Origin: Chiloscyllium plagiosum
Lineage: Eukaryota
DNA: 64,000 nt
Direction: 5' to 3'
Assembly: GCF_004010195.1 (NCBI RefSeq)
Contig: NC_057719.1
Coordinates: 82,238,600-82,302,599, forward strand
In this document: positions 50,694 to 63,402 of the stretch, piece by piece
Layout: each line of letters begins with the position of its first letter
Numbering within the stretch: the first letter of the stretch is position 1
Notes under the pieces: generated by a model
Told to the model about the DNA's origin: nothing
The model's database searches: none
The model's input: only the letters and a program-made list of their open reading frames with translations
Translations under genes and position numbers: made by a program

Positions 50694-50824
50694 CATTCCT
50701 GATGAAGGGCTCATGCCCAAAACATCGACTCTCCTGCTGCTCGGATGCTGCCTGACCTGCTGTGCTTTTCCAGCACCCTACTTTTCGACTCTGATCTCCA
50801 GCGTCAGCAGTCCTCACTTCCTCC
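50694..50824 (+). mobile_element. Penelope pLTR fragment with degenerate hammerhead
   Basis: attcctgatgaagggctcatgcccaaaacatcg. Confidence 0.75.
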
Positions 50825-51489
50825 GATAATACTGCCAGCCCAGCATTGCAATTTCAGTCTGGATCCTGTGCTGCAAGTTTCTGGTTCCATAAACCAAGCT
50901 GTTATGGCTCCCTCTCAACCCTTCGCATGGACTGGCAGTAAAATTGAGGGCTGTCGTTACATAGAGAGTGTGATGCTGGTCTGTGTTGGAGTTTTACCAG
51001 GCGACTAGGTGTCTGGCAGCCTGCCCATACTTAGTCCGATTGAGGGGGCTGAAATAATGGCTCATTTCTGCTGTGACTTTACCAGAAGCAGCAGGGGCAG
51101 TGGCATTAATATGCCATGATGTCCTGACTGGTGTCTGGGAGTTCCCTCCCTTCCAGGTACCTCCAATGGAAGGAGCAGTCCATCGCTCACCACCCCATCT
51201 TTCCAATCACTGCCCCACTTTTTCACTGGGACGTGTCTGGCACCCACTCACCCACCCCCGCCTTATCTGCTTCTCTAGCCTCCATTGTTTCTCCTGGTTC
51301 AGAACTGGCTGCAGTCCCAGTAGTGACCACTGCACCTGGTGGGGCTGCTGGTTCTGAAAGGCTGTCAGCCCTCTGATGGGCAAGCCACTCTGAGATGGTT
51401 CATGTTGCCTTGGAGAGACCAAGACCTCGTGCAAATAATTGTTTGGTGACTGTAAGGTTCAGTTGTGGCTGGTGGGGAAGGGGTAGGCC

Positions 51490-52370
51490 TTGATTTGATG
51501 TAATATCAGACAGCTCAACGTGGAGAAGTTTGGAGTGTTTCATTTTGGTTGGAAAAATAGTCAGAGACAATATAATGTAACAAATATTTGAAGACATTGG
51601 AAGTGCCAAAAAGCCTATTGAACATGGTTCCAGGGATAAGGAATTTCAGTTTGGTTAGAGAGATTAGTGAAATTATGGCTATTTTACTTTGATAAGGAAA
51701 GGTCCAGAGGAGATTGATTTATAAAACTATGGAGAATATGGATAGGGTGAATAGCCAAAGTCATTTTCCTAGGGTAAAGTAGATGGTATAGGTTTAAGGT
51801 CAGAGGGAAAAGACATAAAAGGGATCTAAGGGGCAGCTTTTTCACGCAGAGGGTGGTGCGTGTATGGAATGAGCTGCCAGAGGAAGTGGTAGAGGTTGGT
51901 ACAATTACAGCATTTAAAAGGCATCTGGATGGGTATATGAATACGAAGAGTTTAGGAGGCTATCAGCTAAATGCTGACAGGTAGGGTTAGATTAGGATAT
52001 CTGGTCAGTGTGTACGAGTTGGACCGAAATGTCTGTTTTCATGCTGTACGTCTCCATGACTCTATGACTCCGCTTGGTGCAGGTATTCGGAATCATGAAG
52101 GACCTAGACTGTGGAGAAATTGTTCCCATTTGTGGAAAGATTGAGAACAGGAGTGGAGAGAGGAAAACTGTTTTCTCACGGCGAGTGGTCAGGATCTATG
52201 CAACACACGGGCTGTGAGTGTGGTGAAAGCAGGTTCAATCAAGGCATTCAAGATTCCTTATCAAAAAAAGGAAGAATGTGCAGAGTTACAGGGGAAGAAT
52301 TGCACATTAGGAGAGTTAGCACTGAGGGGATGAGCTGAATGGCCTCCTACCATACTGTATCAATTCTCTG
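51490..52370 (+). mobile_element. Old CR1 fragment with a younger CR1/HER1 3' piece (~51715-52070) nested in it
   Basis: Younger piece ends ccatgactctatgactc; the older CR1 resumes at ~52075. Confidence 0.7.
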
Positions 52371-52815
52371 TTTTTGCAGCCAGTAATATGTCTGTGTTAA
52401 ATCCTGGACATAATCATTTTAACTAACAGTGAGTCACAGCAACACTCAACAAGCATGCATTTGTATATAAATGTGGCTGCGTGATTTGCAGGTATGTTTA
52501 GGTTTTATATTTATACGTATACCACTCTCTGATAGTACCTGTATATACATGTGTGCAATTCTAAGAAGGTTGAACAATAAATCAGATCATTGAGAGGATT
52601 TTCATTTCTATCAAAATCCCATTTCACTTCCACTTGCTTCACTGGGCTTAAGTGACTCAATATCACACAGGGATCAAAGTAATCTTTCTGATTCTTGAAA
52701 ATGATCAGCCAGAGTCCAACTTCTAGACTGTTGCAATTTTGAGCCACTTGAGAACTGAAATGGATGTGTGTGGAAAGTAATTCATTTGTCTTTGATTGGC
52801 TTGCATCTGTCAGTG

Positions 52816-53020
52816 CACAGCAGTTCAGGCAGCATCCAAGGAGCTTCGAAATCGACGTTTCGGGCAAAAGCCCTTCATCAGGAATTCCTTTATTCCTGAT
52901 GAAGGGCTTTTGCCCAAAACATCGATTTCGAAGCTCCTTGGATGCTGCCTGAACTGCTGTGCTCTTCCAGCGCCACTAATCCAGAATCTGGTTTCCAGCG
53001 TCTGCAGTCATTGTTTTTAC
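52816..53020. mobile_element. Penelope pLTR fold-back (distinct subfamily), 16-bp TSD
   Basis: Inverted repeat centred ~52890; cttgcatctgtcagtg at 52800-52815 and 53021-53036. Confidence 0.85.
52848..52887 (-). ncRNA. Minimal type-I hammerhead ribozyme motif
   Basis: Minus strand gaattc-CTGATGA-a-GGGC-tttt-GCCC-GAA-ACGT-C-gatttc; stem I pairs 5/6. Confidence 0.65.
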
Positions 53021-53258
53021 CTTGCATCTGTCAGTGACACATCGAGATTGGGAACAGTCACCTGCTAGCAATGGGAGATCAATCGCAAATTACGTTTTGT
53101 CCACAGTGAGATAGGTGTTTCCACAAAATGTGCAAGGCAGCAGATAGGGTTTAACAGTGCAATGATGGACGGCACCCATGCTGATTAATGGTAAAATAGT
53201 AACGGAGGAACTTGAGAGAGGGCTAGGAGTCTTTATAATATAATGATGCTGCTCGTTT

Positions 53259-53385
53259 GGAGGAATTGAGGACTGCAGATGCTGGAGATCAGAGTCGAAA
53301 AGTGTGGTGCTAGAAAAGCACAGCAGGTCAGGCAGCATCTGAGGTGTAGGAGATTTGACGTTTCGAGCATAAGCTCTTTCCAGAA
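53259..53385 (-). mobile_element. Penelope pLTR fragment
   Basis: gaggactgcagatgctggagatcagagtc...gacgtttcgagcataagctct. Confidence 0.75.
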
Positions 53386-53434
53386 TCTGTTTTCCTGCAC
53401 CACACATTTCGATGCTACTCCATTAACAAGGTTA

Positions 53435-53975
53435 TGTTGTCCTTGGTGTTTCTTTCAGAGGGGTCATAAAGGCAGAGGTTCCGATATGTCTGGGTTTATC
53501 TACTTTTAAGTTCTTTTAAAAAATATCACTTGTACAATGAAAGGAGAGAGGCCAGTTTCCCAGTTCGGGATTTGGTTTTAGCAAGCTATTTTTGCTTACA
53601 GCCGCTGGTTAAGTTTTAGCTGGGAACCCAAAGAAACTGTTGAGGACCCAAAGAAACAGTTCCATGCTGATCCTATCTCTCTCTGACATTGCCCCTGTAA
53701 GATCCTATGTTTGATTTTACCTTTTTCGCCAAGGGGTGTTGCAAGTATCTGGAACAGTGTCATTAAGTTGCAATGCAGTCGATTAAGTTTTCAGATAAGT
53801 TGTGTTATTCTATATTCTGTTCTCTTTAGTTTGTGTACAAATAAATTCTGAGTGGGTAGGCCAGCTGCATCATTCCTGGAACATATACTATACCCCTCCT
53901 TAAAACAACAAGAAAAGTTAGAGCCTGTGCTATCTTCTTGAAATGTTTTGAGGAGGTCTGGCCTGGTTGATAAAA
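53435..53975 (+). mobile_element. Possible solo LTR
   Basis: LTR-like composition with aataaa near the end (~53840); termini and TSD not clearly identified. Confidence 0.3.
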
Positions 53976-54210
53976 ATAGTACTCATTTCTAATCAAACAA
54001 ATGCTGAACTTGTTACACCCAGACCTCAAGTGAGTTTCCCAAATTGTCCAGTTCCAGATGGAATGCCCCAAATTGTTTGGCTTTCAAGTGAGGAGATATG
54101 AACTGGTTTCCCCATCTTAATTCACCCATATCTTTGTGTGGTCTCAACAAGGTTAATTTACAAAGGATCCTATCCGTTGTGGGTACCTTTCTGACAGACT
54201 TGAGTTTCTT

Positions 54211-54340
54211 ATAGAGTCATAGAATCATACAGCATGAAAACAGACCCTTCGGTCCATCCAGTCCATGCCAACCATAATCCCAAACTAAACTAGTCCCACC
54301 TGCCTGTTCCTGGTCCGTGTCCCTCCAATTCATGCACCTA
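54211..54340 (-). mobile_element. CR1/HER1 3' tail
   Basis: atagagtcatagaatcatacagcatgaaaacagaccc. Confidence 0.8.
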
Positions 54341-55076
54341 TGTAGGCTTTCACAAGTCAACAAAGAGTGGATTTATTAATTACTCATTGCAAGTAGAAAC
54401 ACGCACGCACACACTAGTAATAAGAGGTGAGTCCAAAAAAGAAATAAAACAGCTTTATAGATTGGTCTCTGAATTCTTTGCGTAAAACAAAGAGTTTAAC
54501 ATTGCAGCTCTGCACTGGACGTTACCATTTGCACTGATGTTGGAAGTTGAAATGTCAATCTGAAGATTCTTAATTCTGCAGAGGATGGTGGGCTTCTATT
54601 GTTCTTATATCGGCTTCTATCTTCAAGTGAGAAGCACTTTCTAACGGTCGCCATTTCAGCAATTTTCCTCTTTTCCCTGTCTAAAGGTAGGACTAGCCCA
54701 CTGCACTGTGATCACCAACACAGTACGACAAAGAGGTAGGTGTTCAATACACTCCAGTCAGAACAGACATTACACTCCATGCACCAATCTGATTCTCAGC
54801 AGCTGTCCAGCCAATCAGCTTCTCAAGAAGTCTGCGTTGCCGTGGTAACATACATTTCTTACATGCATGTAGCAGCCTTGTCGCTGTGAATAGAGGGTGC
54901 AATTTCTTTCCATCACCTGGCTGGTCAAGAACATCTCCCACTCTTACTGCCTGTCGATGGTGTGTACCAGAAGGCTTTGCAAGTTGATACTCAGTCTGTT
55001 TAGTGAGTTGCTTGACCGTTAAATCCTGGAGCAGGATAGAACTTCTCGCTTAGTGGAATGGACCCCACCCACTACA
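54341..55076 (-). mobile_element. Possible solo LTR
   Basis: tgtag...ctaca inverted termini; AATAAA ~30 nt from the minus-strand 3' end; no TSD seen. Confidence 0.4.
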
Positions 55077-55264
55077 AAATAAAATCTCCAACTGTTTCAT
55101 TAGTAATCAACAAACATGTTTTGAAGAAACTGTTAACAGATTGTAGACTCAATAATAATTTGTTTTCATTCTAATCACTTGATATCAAATTGGGGTGATT
55201 TTATAATGGAGGCAAGTGATTAATAGGGACTTGCAGACTGTTAGTTGGGTGTTGGAGTGGAGGA

Positions 55265-55485
55265 GGTTGGTTAGCTTGGAAAGCTGGTTTGTGTTGCTGA
55301 GTGACACCAACAGCGTGGCTTCAATTCCCAACACCAGCTGAGGTTATCATGAAGGTTCCACCTTCTCAACCTCTCCCTCACGAGCTGTGGTGACTCTGAA
55401 GTCAAACCACCGCCGGCTCTCTCTCTCTCCCTCTCTCTAATGAGACAGCAGCCCCATGGTCCTCTGGGACTATGGTGAGCTTCCC
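55265..55485 (+). mobile_element. tRNA-derived SINE (family of 7205-7340)
   Basis: B-box-like gcttcaattccc and shared body. Confidence 0.6.
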
Positions 55486-55929
55486 TTAATTGGTGATTGA
55501 GAGCAGTATATCAGCCAGTAACTAAGCTGATAAGGAGTTGTTACTCTACTTACATGATTCAGTGAAGATAACCTCCGTAGGTTTTACAGTAGAAGGAAAA
55601 TTCTGCTCAGTTTGTAATTTCAGTTAGTTTGTCTCACCCATTTCTAAGAACAGACTGTGATGTCATCTGGCCTTTGCCAGAACTTGTATTGAATTTCTAA
55701 GTAACTATTTCATAGGACCATAGGTACCTACAGTGTGGAAGCAGACCATTTGGCCTATCAAGTCTACCTCGACCCTCTGAAGAGCATCCCACCCAGGTCA
55801 GCTCCTGTAACCCTGCAGTTCCCATGGCTAGCCCACCTAGCCTGCACATCCCTGGACGCTATGGGCAATTTAGCATGACCAATCCACCCTAACCTGCACA
55901 TCTTTGCACTGTGGGAGGAAACTAGAGCA

Positions 55930-56430
55930 GAAAGTGAGGTCTGCAGATGCTGGAGATCAAAGTTGAAACTTTATTGCTGGAACAGCACAGCAGGTCAGGC
56001 AGCATCCAGGGAACAGGAGATTCGACGTTTCGGGCACAGGCCCTTCTTCAGGAATGAGCAGAGAGTGTTCAGCAGGAGAAGATAAAAGGTAGGGAGGAGG
56101 GACTTGGAGGAGGGGAGTTGGAAATGTGATAGGTGGAAAGAGGTCAAGGTGAGGGTGATAGGTCGGAGTAGGATGGAGGCGGAGAGGTCAAGAAGAAGAC
56201 TGCAGGTCAGGAAGGCGGTGCCGGGCTGGAAGGATCCGGCTGAGACAAGGTGGGGGGAGGGGGGATGAAGAAACTGGTGAAGTCCAAGTTCATCCCCTGC
56301 GGTTGGAGGGTTCCCAGTCGGAAGATAAGACGCTCCTCCTCCGACCGTCGGGTTGTTGTGGTTTGGCGGTGGATGAGTCCAATGACCTGCATATCCTCGG
56401 TGGAGTGGGAGGGGGAGTTGAAATGCTGTG
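55930..56430 (-). mobile_element. Penelope-like element 3' end (GIY-YIG C-terminus + pLTR)
   Basis: AQHFNSPSHSTEDMQVIGL...EEERLIFRLGTLQPQGMNLD. Confidence 0.88.
56020..56055 (-). ncRNA. Minimal type-I hammerhead ribozyme motif (best-preserved copy)
   Basis: Minus strand attc-CTGAAGA-a-GGGC-ctgt-GCCC-GAA-ACGT-C-gaat; 4-bp stem I, 4-bp stem II, palindromic stem III. Confidence 0.7.
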
Positions 56431-56674
56431 CCCAGAGGAAACCCACGCAGACACGGGGAGAATGTGCAAATGTTACATAAGCTTTTGTCCGAGGGTAAAA
56501 TCGAATCCAAATCCTAGGCACTGTGGCTCTTGTGGTTGTGGTTAAATTGTACCCCACAGACCTGAACACAGCCTCCAGGCTGATACTGCCTGGCCAATGA
56601 TGAGGAGATGCTGAATCTTGAGTACGATGTTAAAACATAATAATCGGTCCTCTCTGGTAGATGCACAATTGTTG

Positions 56675-58330
56675 AAAAAGGGACACATTTGTCAAAATTC
56701 TTTGCAAAATGGTCATTTTCAGAAATACCAATTTATATTACATGAAAGGAAAGTGCTGATTGGTTGGCAAGTGGACTCAAATTGGTAAAGGCGTTGCCAT
56801 GGAGAATGCACCAATTCAGGCTGTTAGGCAACTTTTTAACTACCAGGCCTAGCTTAATTTTAAACTAGGTAGGTCGACTCCAATTGGCAGAGCCCTGGGC
56901 ATTAATAGTTGCAGGTTCCAACACACACACATGCATCACACTGCAAACCTGACTGACAGCCCAAAATTAATTACTCTTCAGAAAGTCAGGGCTATCCAAA
57001 AAGTGCTGTCCAATTTCAAAATTACATTGAAGTCAGACAGTGTGTTGTGAGTTTTGAGGGTGCAGGGTGGTTGGGTCTGATCAATACATTTGTTGTTGTG
57101 AACATCTGAAGGGATATGCTGTTTAATTTGATTTGCCAATCTTTAGGGGCACATAGCCAGTATACCTGGCATCATGCTGGCACTGAAGTTCATGTACCAC
57201 ATTACTCACAGACAAAACATTTTCTTGGATTGAGGGCAGCATCCTGTTGGTGGTGAATACCACATGTGTTGCTGCTACATAGTAGCAGATGCTAACTTCA
57301 CCTCTAGCCCAGACATTCGAGATACCTTGCCCTCTCAGAGTAGTCTGAGGAAAACTGGGCACTATTCAGGAACAATAATGACTGCCATTGGGCCTTTCAT
57401 GAATTTGTGCAATTTATGGCAAGAAATGACCTGATTAGAATAGCCTGCAGGATGACTTAGCTGCATCCTTTTTTCAGCACGTCTCAGGCCCTATTTATGA
57501 GCCTTCCAATAAGGCCAGCTTTTAGGACCAGGAACTATAGGACGTGTATACTAACCAGTAGAGGGCAATTTGCAGTAGGCATCATTGGAGAAACTCCCTG
57601 ACTGATTTGTCTACAGGCACACTGAGGGAAAAAGGCTCATTTGGTGACTCAGTTCTGAGATGCATTTGAGCGCAGGGTGGAACTTAATAAGACATGGAAG
57701 TAAATTCTTATGTGCAGCTGCAGATTCAAATATAGGAATCGTCCTATCTACGTATTGGAAATATACGAGGGGTAGGAAGTTAGGTGTCATTCCATTGAAC
57801 CCCACGTTTCTCGTGGAACTTGACAAACATGTTTGTGAAGCTGACCCTTGTGTAGCCACCTATTTGAGAGTACATGGTGCTGTTTGAAACGAAACTCAAC
57901 TGTGCGAGTTGCTGAGTTCAAAATCTCAATGAATACTGATTCACGCAGTGGTGGTAGGTCTGGGTGACCATGAGAAAAGGTTACAGTGCAGGCATCTAGG
58001 GCTTCCTTGAGTAGGGCCCCTTTGGAGAATAACCAGCAGTGTCGAATGAGCACGTGAACATTGCACTGCTATTGATATGCAAGTCCCTTATGGTCTTTGC
58101 AAATGTGAAGGGATCCCTGATCATATAAGTGGAAAACTTGCTCAAAGCTTATTGTAACAACTCGCCCAACTATTTGACCAGATCGTGTTGTGCGGAACTG
58201 GTCACAGCCAGGAGAGGGTGGAAAGGGATATCAGTTTTGAGTGTCTTGGACAGCTCACATATATGTGGATGCAGTGAGCTGTGGGGATGAACTCTGCCAC
58301 AGGTTACTATGTTTCCAAATTCCAAGATTA
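56675..58330 (-). mobile_element. Second, older Penelope-like element remnant (RT + GIY-YIG)
   Basis: LNSATRTVEF; PLVYFQYVD..IF..HPALK (RT); SNVVHELQCQHDARYTG (decayed GIY-YIG). Confidence 0.75.
57555..57567 (+). promoter_or_regulatory. CTCF-consensus-like motif
   Basis: CCAGTAGAGGGCA matches CCASYAGRKGGCR; motif match only. Confidence 0.2.
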
Positions 58331-58471
58331 ACTGCACTTTGGAAGTGCTTCATTATCTGTAGGATGCTTTGAGATCATGAAGATGCTCTGTAAGTGTCTA
58401 TTTTTCTTTCTTTTACATTCCACCATTAAACCTCATGGCGGAATGCTATTGTAATACAGGCAATTAAATCA

Positions 58472-58774
58472 ATTAGATTAGATTACTTACAGTGTGGAAA
58501 CAGGCCCTTCGGCCCAACAAGTCCACACCGACCCGCCGAAGCGCAACCCACCCATACCCCTTTTACCTAACACAACGGGCAATTTAGCATGGCCAATTCA
58601 CCTGACCTGCACCTCTTTGGACTGTGGGAGGAAACCGGAGCACCCGGAGGAAACCCACGCAGACACGGGGAGAATGTGCAAACTCCACACAGTCAGTCGC
58701 CTGAGTCGGGAATTGAACCCGGGTCTCTGGCGCTGTGAGGCAGCAGTGCTAACCACTGTGCCACCGTGCCGCCC
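58472..58774 (-). mobile_element. HE1 SINE, full length, CpG-rich (young)
   Basis: gggcggcacggtggcacagtggttagc (A box), ggttcaattccc (B box), V-core, (ctaat)n tail. Confidence 0.95.
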
Positions 58775-59074
58775 ATATTGTGGACATTTGTTGAATTAAC
58801 ATCTTATAAATGCAGGATAAATACCTGCTCTTTCTCTTGAAGCTAATTCTTTTCACAGATTAGCCCAGTTCTGAAGCTGGCTTTGGCTAGCAACAGGAGT
58901 AACTGAGTTCATTAAGGCTTCCTAACCCAGTCCTCCACCGAAAACTTTGACTCTTACCAATTTGTGCCGAATTAAGTTAACTGGACTTGGACACCTGAGC
59001 TGTGCGCTCATCAACAGAGATCAACAATTTTCCCCAGTAGTGTATATCTTATTCATGAAGGTTGCGAATGTAAT

Positions 59075-59290
59075 TTTTTTATTCACTCAAGGGATGTGGG
59101 CATCACTGACTTGGTCAGTTCTTATTGTTCGTCCCTAGTTGTCCCTTGAGAAGGTGGGGGTGAGCTGCCATCTTGAACTGCTGCAGTCCACCTGCTGTGG
59201 GTTGACCCACAATTCCCTGAGGGAGGGAATTCCAGGATTTTGATCCAGTCACAGTGAAGAAACAGGCTTGGACCTGGTGATGTTCCCAAA
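59075..59290 (-). mobile_element. L2/CR1-group LINE 3' end
   Basis: FFTVTGSKSWNSLP..GLQQFKMAAHPHLLKG. Confidence 0.75.
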
Positions 59291-59544
59291 TTACGTTACG
59301 TGACAGTGAAAATTTAACATTACATGAAGTACAATATAAATCAATAAAGTATATGAGATGTCTCACCAGGTTTTCCAGTAAAGCTCATAACTACAATTTC
59401 ATGTCAAATATTGGCTGATACCGGGGTATTTTCCTCATTTCCTGCCTCTCAGTATACTATGGTGAGAGGACCTTATGCTGTGGCCTTTCCCCATGAGTCT
59501 TTGCAGCAGTCTCCCCAAACTTTAGTGCATTCTCAGAACAACAT

Positions 59545-59770
59545 GCACAGGGTGGTGCGTGTATGGACTGAGCTGCGAGAGGAAGTGGTGGAGGCTGGTA
59601 CAATTGCAGCATTTAAAAGGCATCTGTATGGGTACATGTATAGGAAAGGCTTAAGAGGGATATGGGCCAAGTGCTGGCAAATGGGACTAGATTAATTTAG
59701 GCTATCTGGTCGGCATGGACGAGTTGGACTGAAGGGTCTGTTTCCGTGCTGTACATCTCTATGATTCTAA
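59545..59770 (+). mobile_element. CR1/HER1 3' tail
   Basis: RVVRVWTELREEVVEAGTIAAFKRHL. Confidence 0.85.
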
Positions 59771-60274
59771 ACAGTCCTGGGCCTTAACACTATTTGAATT
59801 GAATAACCTCAAACATTGGAGAGACCAAAGAGTATAATTCACCAAGACGAGGGTCTTCGAGCAGCAGATGATATTTGCTTTGCAGGGAACAGCTCGTAGA
59901 GCTACATCATGGGACTGGAGCTATTTGTGATGAACTGTGACAAAGGCCACCGCACCTCTTTGGAGACTTTCTCTGCAAAAGCTCATTGGGTAAGTTGGTT
60001 TGGAGATGGCTAATCTCCCCACTAGGTTTGTAGTGGAGGCGGACACAAGAACAGTTATCCTCTATATCGTGAAATTCAACAAATGAATTTGTTGGATCAA
60101 CTTGTTGGGTATTTAATAGTCAAATTAAACAGGAAAAAAGATAGGGAATAAGAAGAGATCTATCAAACTGAATGTGTTTGTAGGCCATGCGCAAGCTGCC
60201 AATCTTCAAAGATGGGCAAAAATATCGACAGCTTGTTCTTCTAGGCTTCTATCCCTCATGAATCCTGTATCATT

Positions 60275-61988
60275 ATTAGTCATACCTCAACACCATCCTG
60301 TTCCCCTTAGTCCAGGAACTACTCACCTACATTCATGACAACACCCATGCACTTCACCTCCTCCAAGATTTTCATTTCCCCGGCCCCCAATTCCTCATCT
60401 TCACCATGGACATCCAGTTCCTGTATACATCAATCCATCATGTCCAGAGCCTCTAAGCCCTCCGTTTCTTCCTCTCCCGACATCCCCACCAGCACCCTTC
60501 CACTGACACTCTCATTCGTTTGTCTGAACTGGTGCTCACCCTCAACAACTTCTCCTTCCAATCCTCCCACTTCCTCCAAACCAAAGGGGTAGCCATAGGC
60601 ACCTACATGGGACCCAGCTATGCCTGCCTGTTTGTTAGATATGTGGAACAGTCCATCTTCTGCAGTTACACTGGCTCCACCCTCCCACCTGTTCCTCCAC
60701 TACGTCAATGACTGTATCAGCGCCACGTCATGCTCCCACAAGGAGGTTGAACAGTTCATCAACTTTATCAACACCTTCCACCTGACCTCAAATTCACCTG
60801 GACCGTCTCAGACTCCTCCCTCCCCTTCCTGGACCATCACCATCTAGCGACTGACTAAGCACAGACATATACTACAAGCCCACTGACTCCCACAGCTACC
60901 TCATGTAAAAATGCCATCCCTTATTCCCAATTCCGCTGCCTCCAGTGCATATGTTTCCAGGGTGACCAATTCCACCTCAAAGTTCCGGATGGCCTCCTTC
61001 TTCTACGATCGCAACTTCCCTTCCCACGTGGTTGACTATGCCCTCCAGTGCATCTCCTCCACTTCATGCACCACCGTCCTTGAACCCCACCCTTCCCAAC
61101 GCAACAAGGTCAGAACCCCCTTGGTCTTCACCTCCCATTCCACCAAACTCTGCATACAATGCATCATTCTCTGCCACTTCTGCTACCTCCAAATGGACCT
61201 CACCACCAGAGATATATTTTCCTCCCCACCCCTATCAGCGTTCCGGAAAGACCATTCCCTCCGCGATTCCCTCATCAGGTCCACACACCCCCACCAGCCC
61301 ACACCCCACTCCTGGCACCTTTCCCTGCCACTACAGGAAGTGCAAAACCTGTGCCCACACCACTCCCCTCACCTCCGTCCAAGGCCCCAAGGGATCCTTC
61401 CGCATCCATACCTCTCCCAATGTCATTTACTGTATCCACTGCACCTGGTGTGGTCTCCTCTACATTGGGGAGACAGGACGCCTTCTTGTGGATCGTTTCA
61501 GAGAACATCTCAGGGACACCCACACCCAACAACTCCACCACCCAGTGGCTGAACACTTCAACTCCCCTCCCAAACAGTTACAACCCAACGCCTGGAGGAG
61601 GGACGCCTCATATTCCGCCTTGGAACCCTGCAACCACACGGGATAAAATGCGGATTTCAATAGCTTCCTCATTTCCCCTCCCCACACATTATCCCAGTCC
61701 CAAGCCTCCAACTTGGCACCACCCTCCGGACCTGTCCATCACTCCCCCCTCTGACCTATCACCTTCTCCCTCACCTTCATCCACCTAACACTTTCCTAGT
61801 TACCTTTCCCCAAACCCCACGTTCTCCCATTTATCTCTCAACCCTGACCCACAAGTCTCTTTCCTGATGAAGGACTTATGCCCGAAACGTCGATTTTCCT
61901 GCTTCTTGGATGCTGCCTGACCTGCTGTGCTTTTCCAGCACCACACTCTTGATTCTGATCTCCAGCATCTGCGGTCCTCACTTTCTCC
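60275..61988 (+). mobile_element. Penelope-like retroelement remnant: RT, GIY-YIG endonuclease and pLTR with hammerhead motif (61861-61895)
   Basis: ELVLTLNNFSF..QTKGVAIGTYMGPSYACLF; YVND; NVIYCIHC..CGLLYIGETGR..DRFREH; frameshifted. Confidence 0.92.
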
Positions 61989-63402
61989 TCATTATTAATC
62001 ATGGATGAGTGCACAGGATACCAACTACAAGTAAGGACCTGCATTCATGTTGTACACCTCATGGCTTCATGACAGCCAAATAAGTATTTTTCAAGTATAT
62101 CATTGTCACAGATGATGCAGGTGATGCAGGTGCGAGACATAAATAAAGATCAGAAAATGTTCACTTCTCCAAAATATTAGATTTGGATTTTTAAAATTTC
62201 CATCTGGGAGGTTTTAACATATTATCCAGGCAATTACAGTCAGCACTGTTCTGCAACATCATTCTGGATTATGCAGTCGTTGTCTTCCGAGTGGGATTTG
62301 AACCCAGATCCCTCAGTGTAGGGTGCTACTCACTGAATTGCAGCTGACAGGTAGGAACACTGATTGATCATTCCCTCTCTACCTGTCCTGGTTCCAATGT
62401 CATTGCCCTGTATGACTAGTACTGTGTCAAACAGTGTCTGTTACCTGGAGAAGGGGTCCAATTCACATTGAACCATCTCGACCTTCCACCTCTCCCCCTA
62501 ACCTTCTCAGTCCAATTGCGTGATCCCTTGTGCAGTCCTTTTTATTAAGGGTTTGGCCCGTCAGGCCAATGCCTCCGGGTCTCAATTTTGTTTTGTCGTT
62601 GCTGTTCTGCACCTTTAATTACAGTTGCCAACGCTGGAAGCAGCTGGATTGAAAGGCTGAAGAGTCAGGCTTGGAGTGAGAGTCACAGAAAGATAAATGG
62701 TACTTACAGCAGAAGACAGTGTGTTCAACACTCTTTCCAACACTAATGATAGTCCCAATGCAACAGACTGAGAAAAGCCCTGATTGAGCACTGATTTCCG
62801 ATGCCTGTAGGGACAGTTTAGTTACAGTTGTCAAGGAGGTGTACCATGGTGAAGGTAACTTGACATCCAACTCTATGGTGGAAAGTTTGTCTTCAAGCGT
62901 GATCTCCTTAGCTCCACAAAAGTCAAGCCCTCTGAGGAGTGGACACTTGTCCCAGTTCTATTAAGGAATGGATGTTCTTGTGCATTTAAGAGATATTCTT
63001 CACAATAACAGAGTGTAAGTGCATCGGTATTTGTAGGAAGCATATAGTAATAATTGTTAAATGAATAGCAAATACGTCAGCACATTTACACTGGTACAGG
63101 TTACCAGAGTATATACAAGTGCAGGCCCGAGCTCAAGGGTTAATAGCTGGGATCTAGTATTGACAAATTCTGAAACAACTATTCTGACAACTTGCTTTCT
63201 ATCAGTCAGATTACATGAGAGTTCACATTACCTCAGCCTAGTATCCCCGGCTTTAACAAGAATGTGCCCTCAAATCTTACCAAATTTTACTCAAGTTGTC
63301 AATCAAATGTTCAACTGGAGCCACTTCCTGGGGATCCGAGATCTCCCATGTTATGATCCCAATTGAAACCACTAACTTCGTGTCCCGAACATATGAATTC
63401 TT

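Larger units (their letters stand above)
55725..56530 (-). mobile_element. HE1 SINE split by a Penelope insertion
   Basis: gaaactagagca | cccagaggaaacccacgcagac rejoins into continuous HE1 sequence. Confidence 0.8.

Noticed and set aside
58700..58774. tRNA gene from A/B boxes
   Set aside because: tRNA-derived SINE head continuous with the HE1 body; no full cloverleaf
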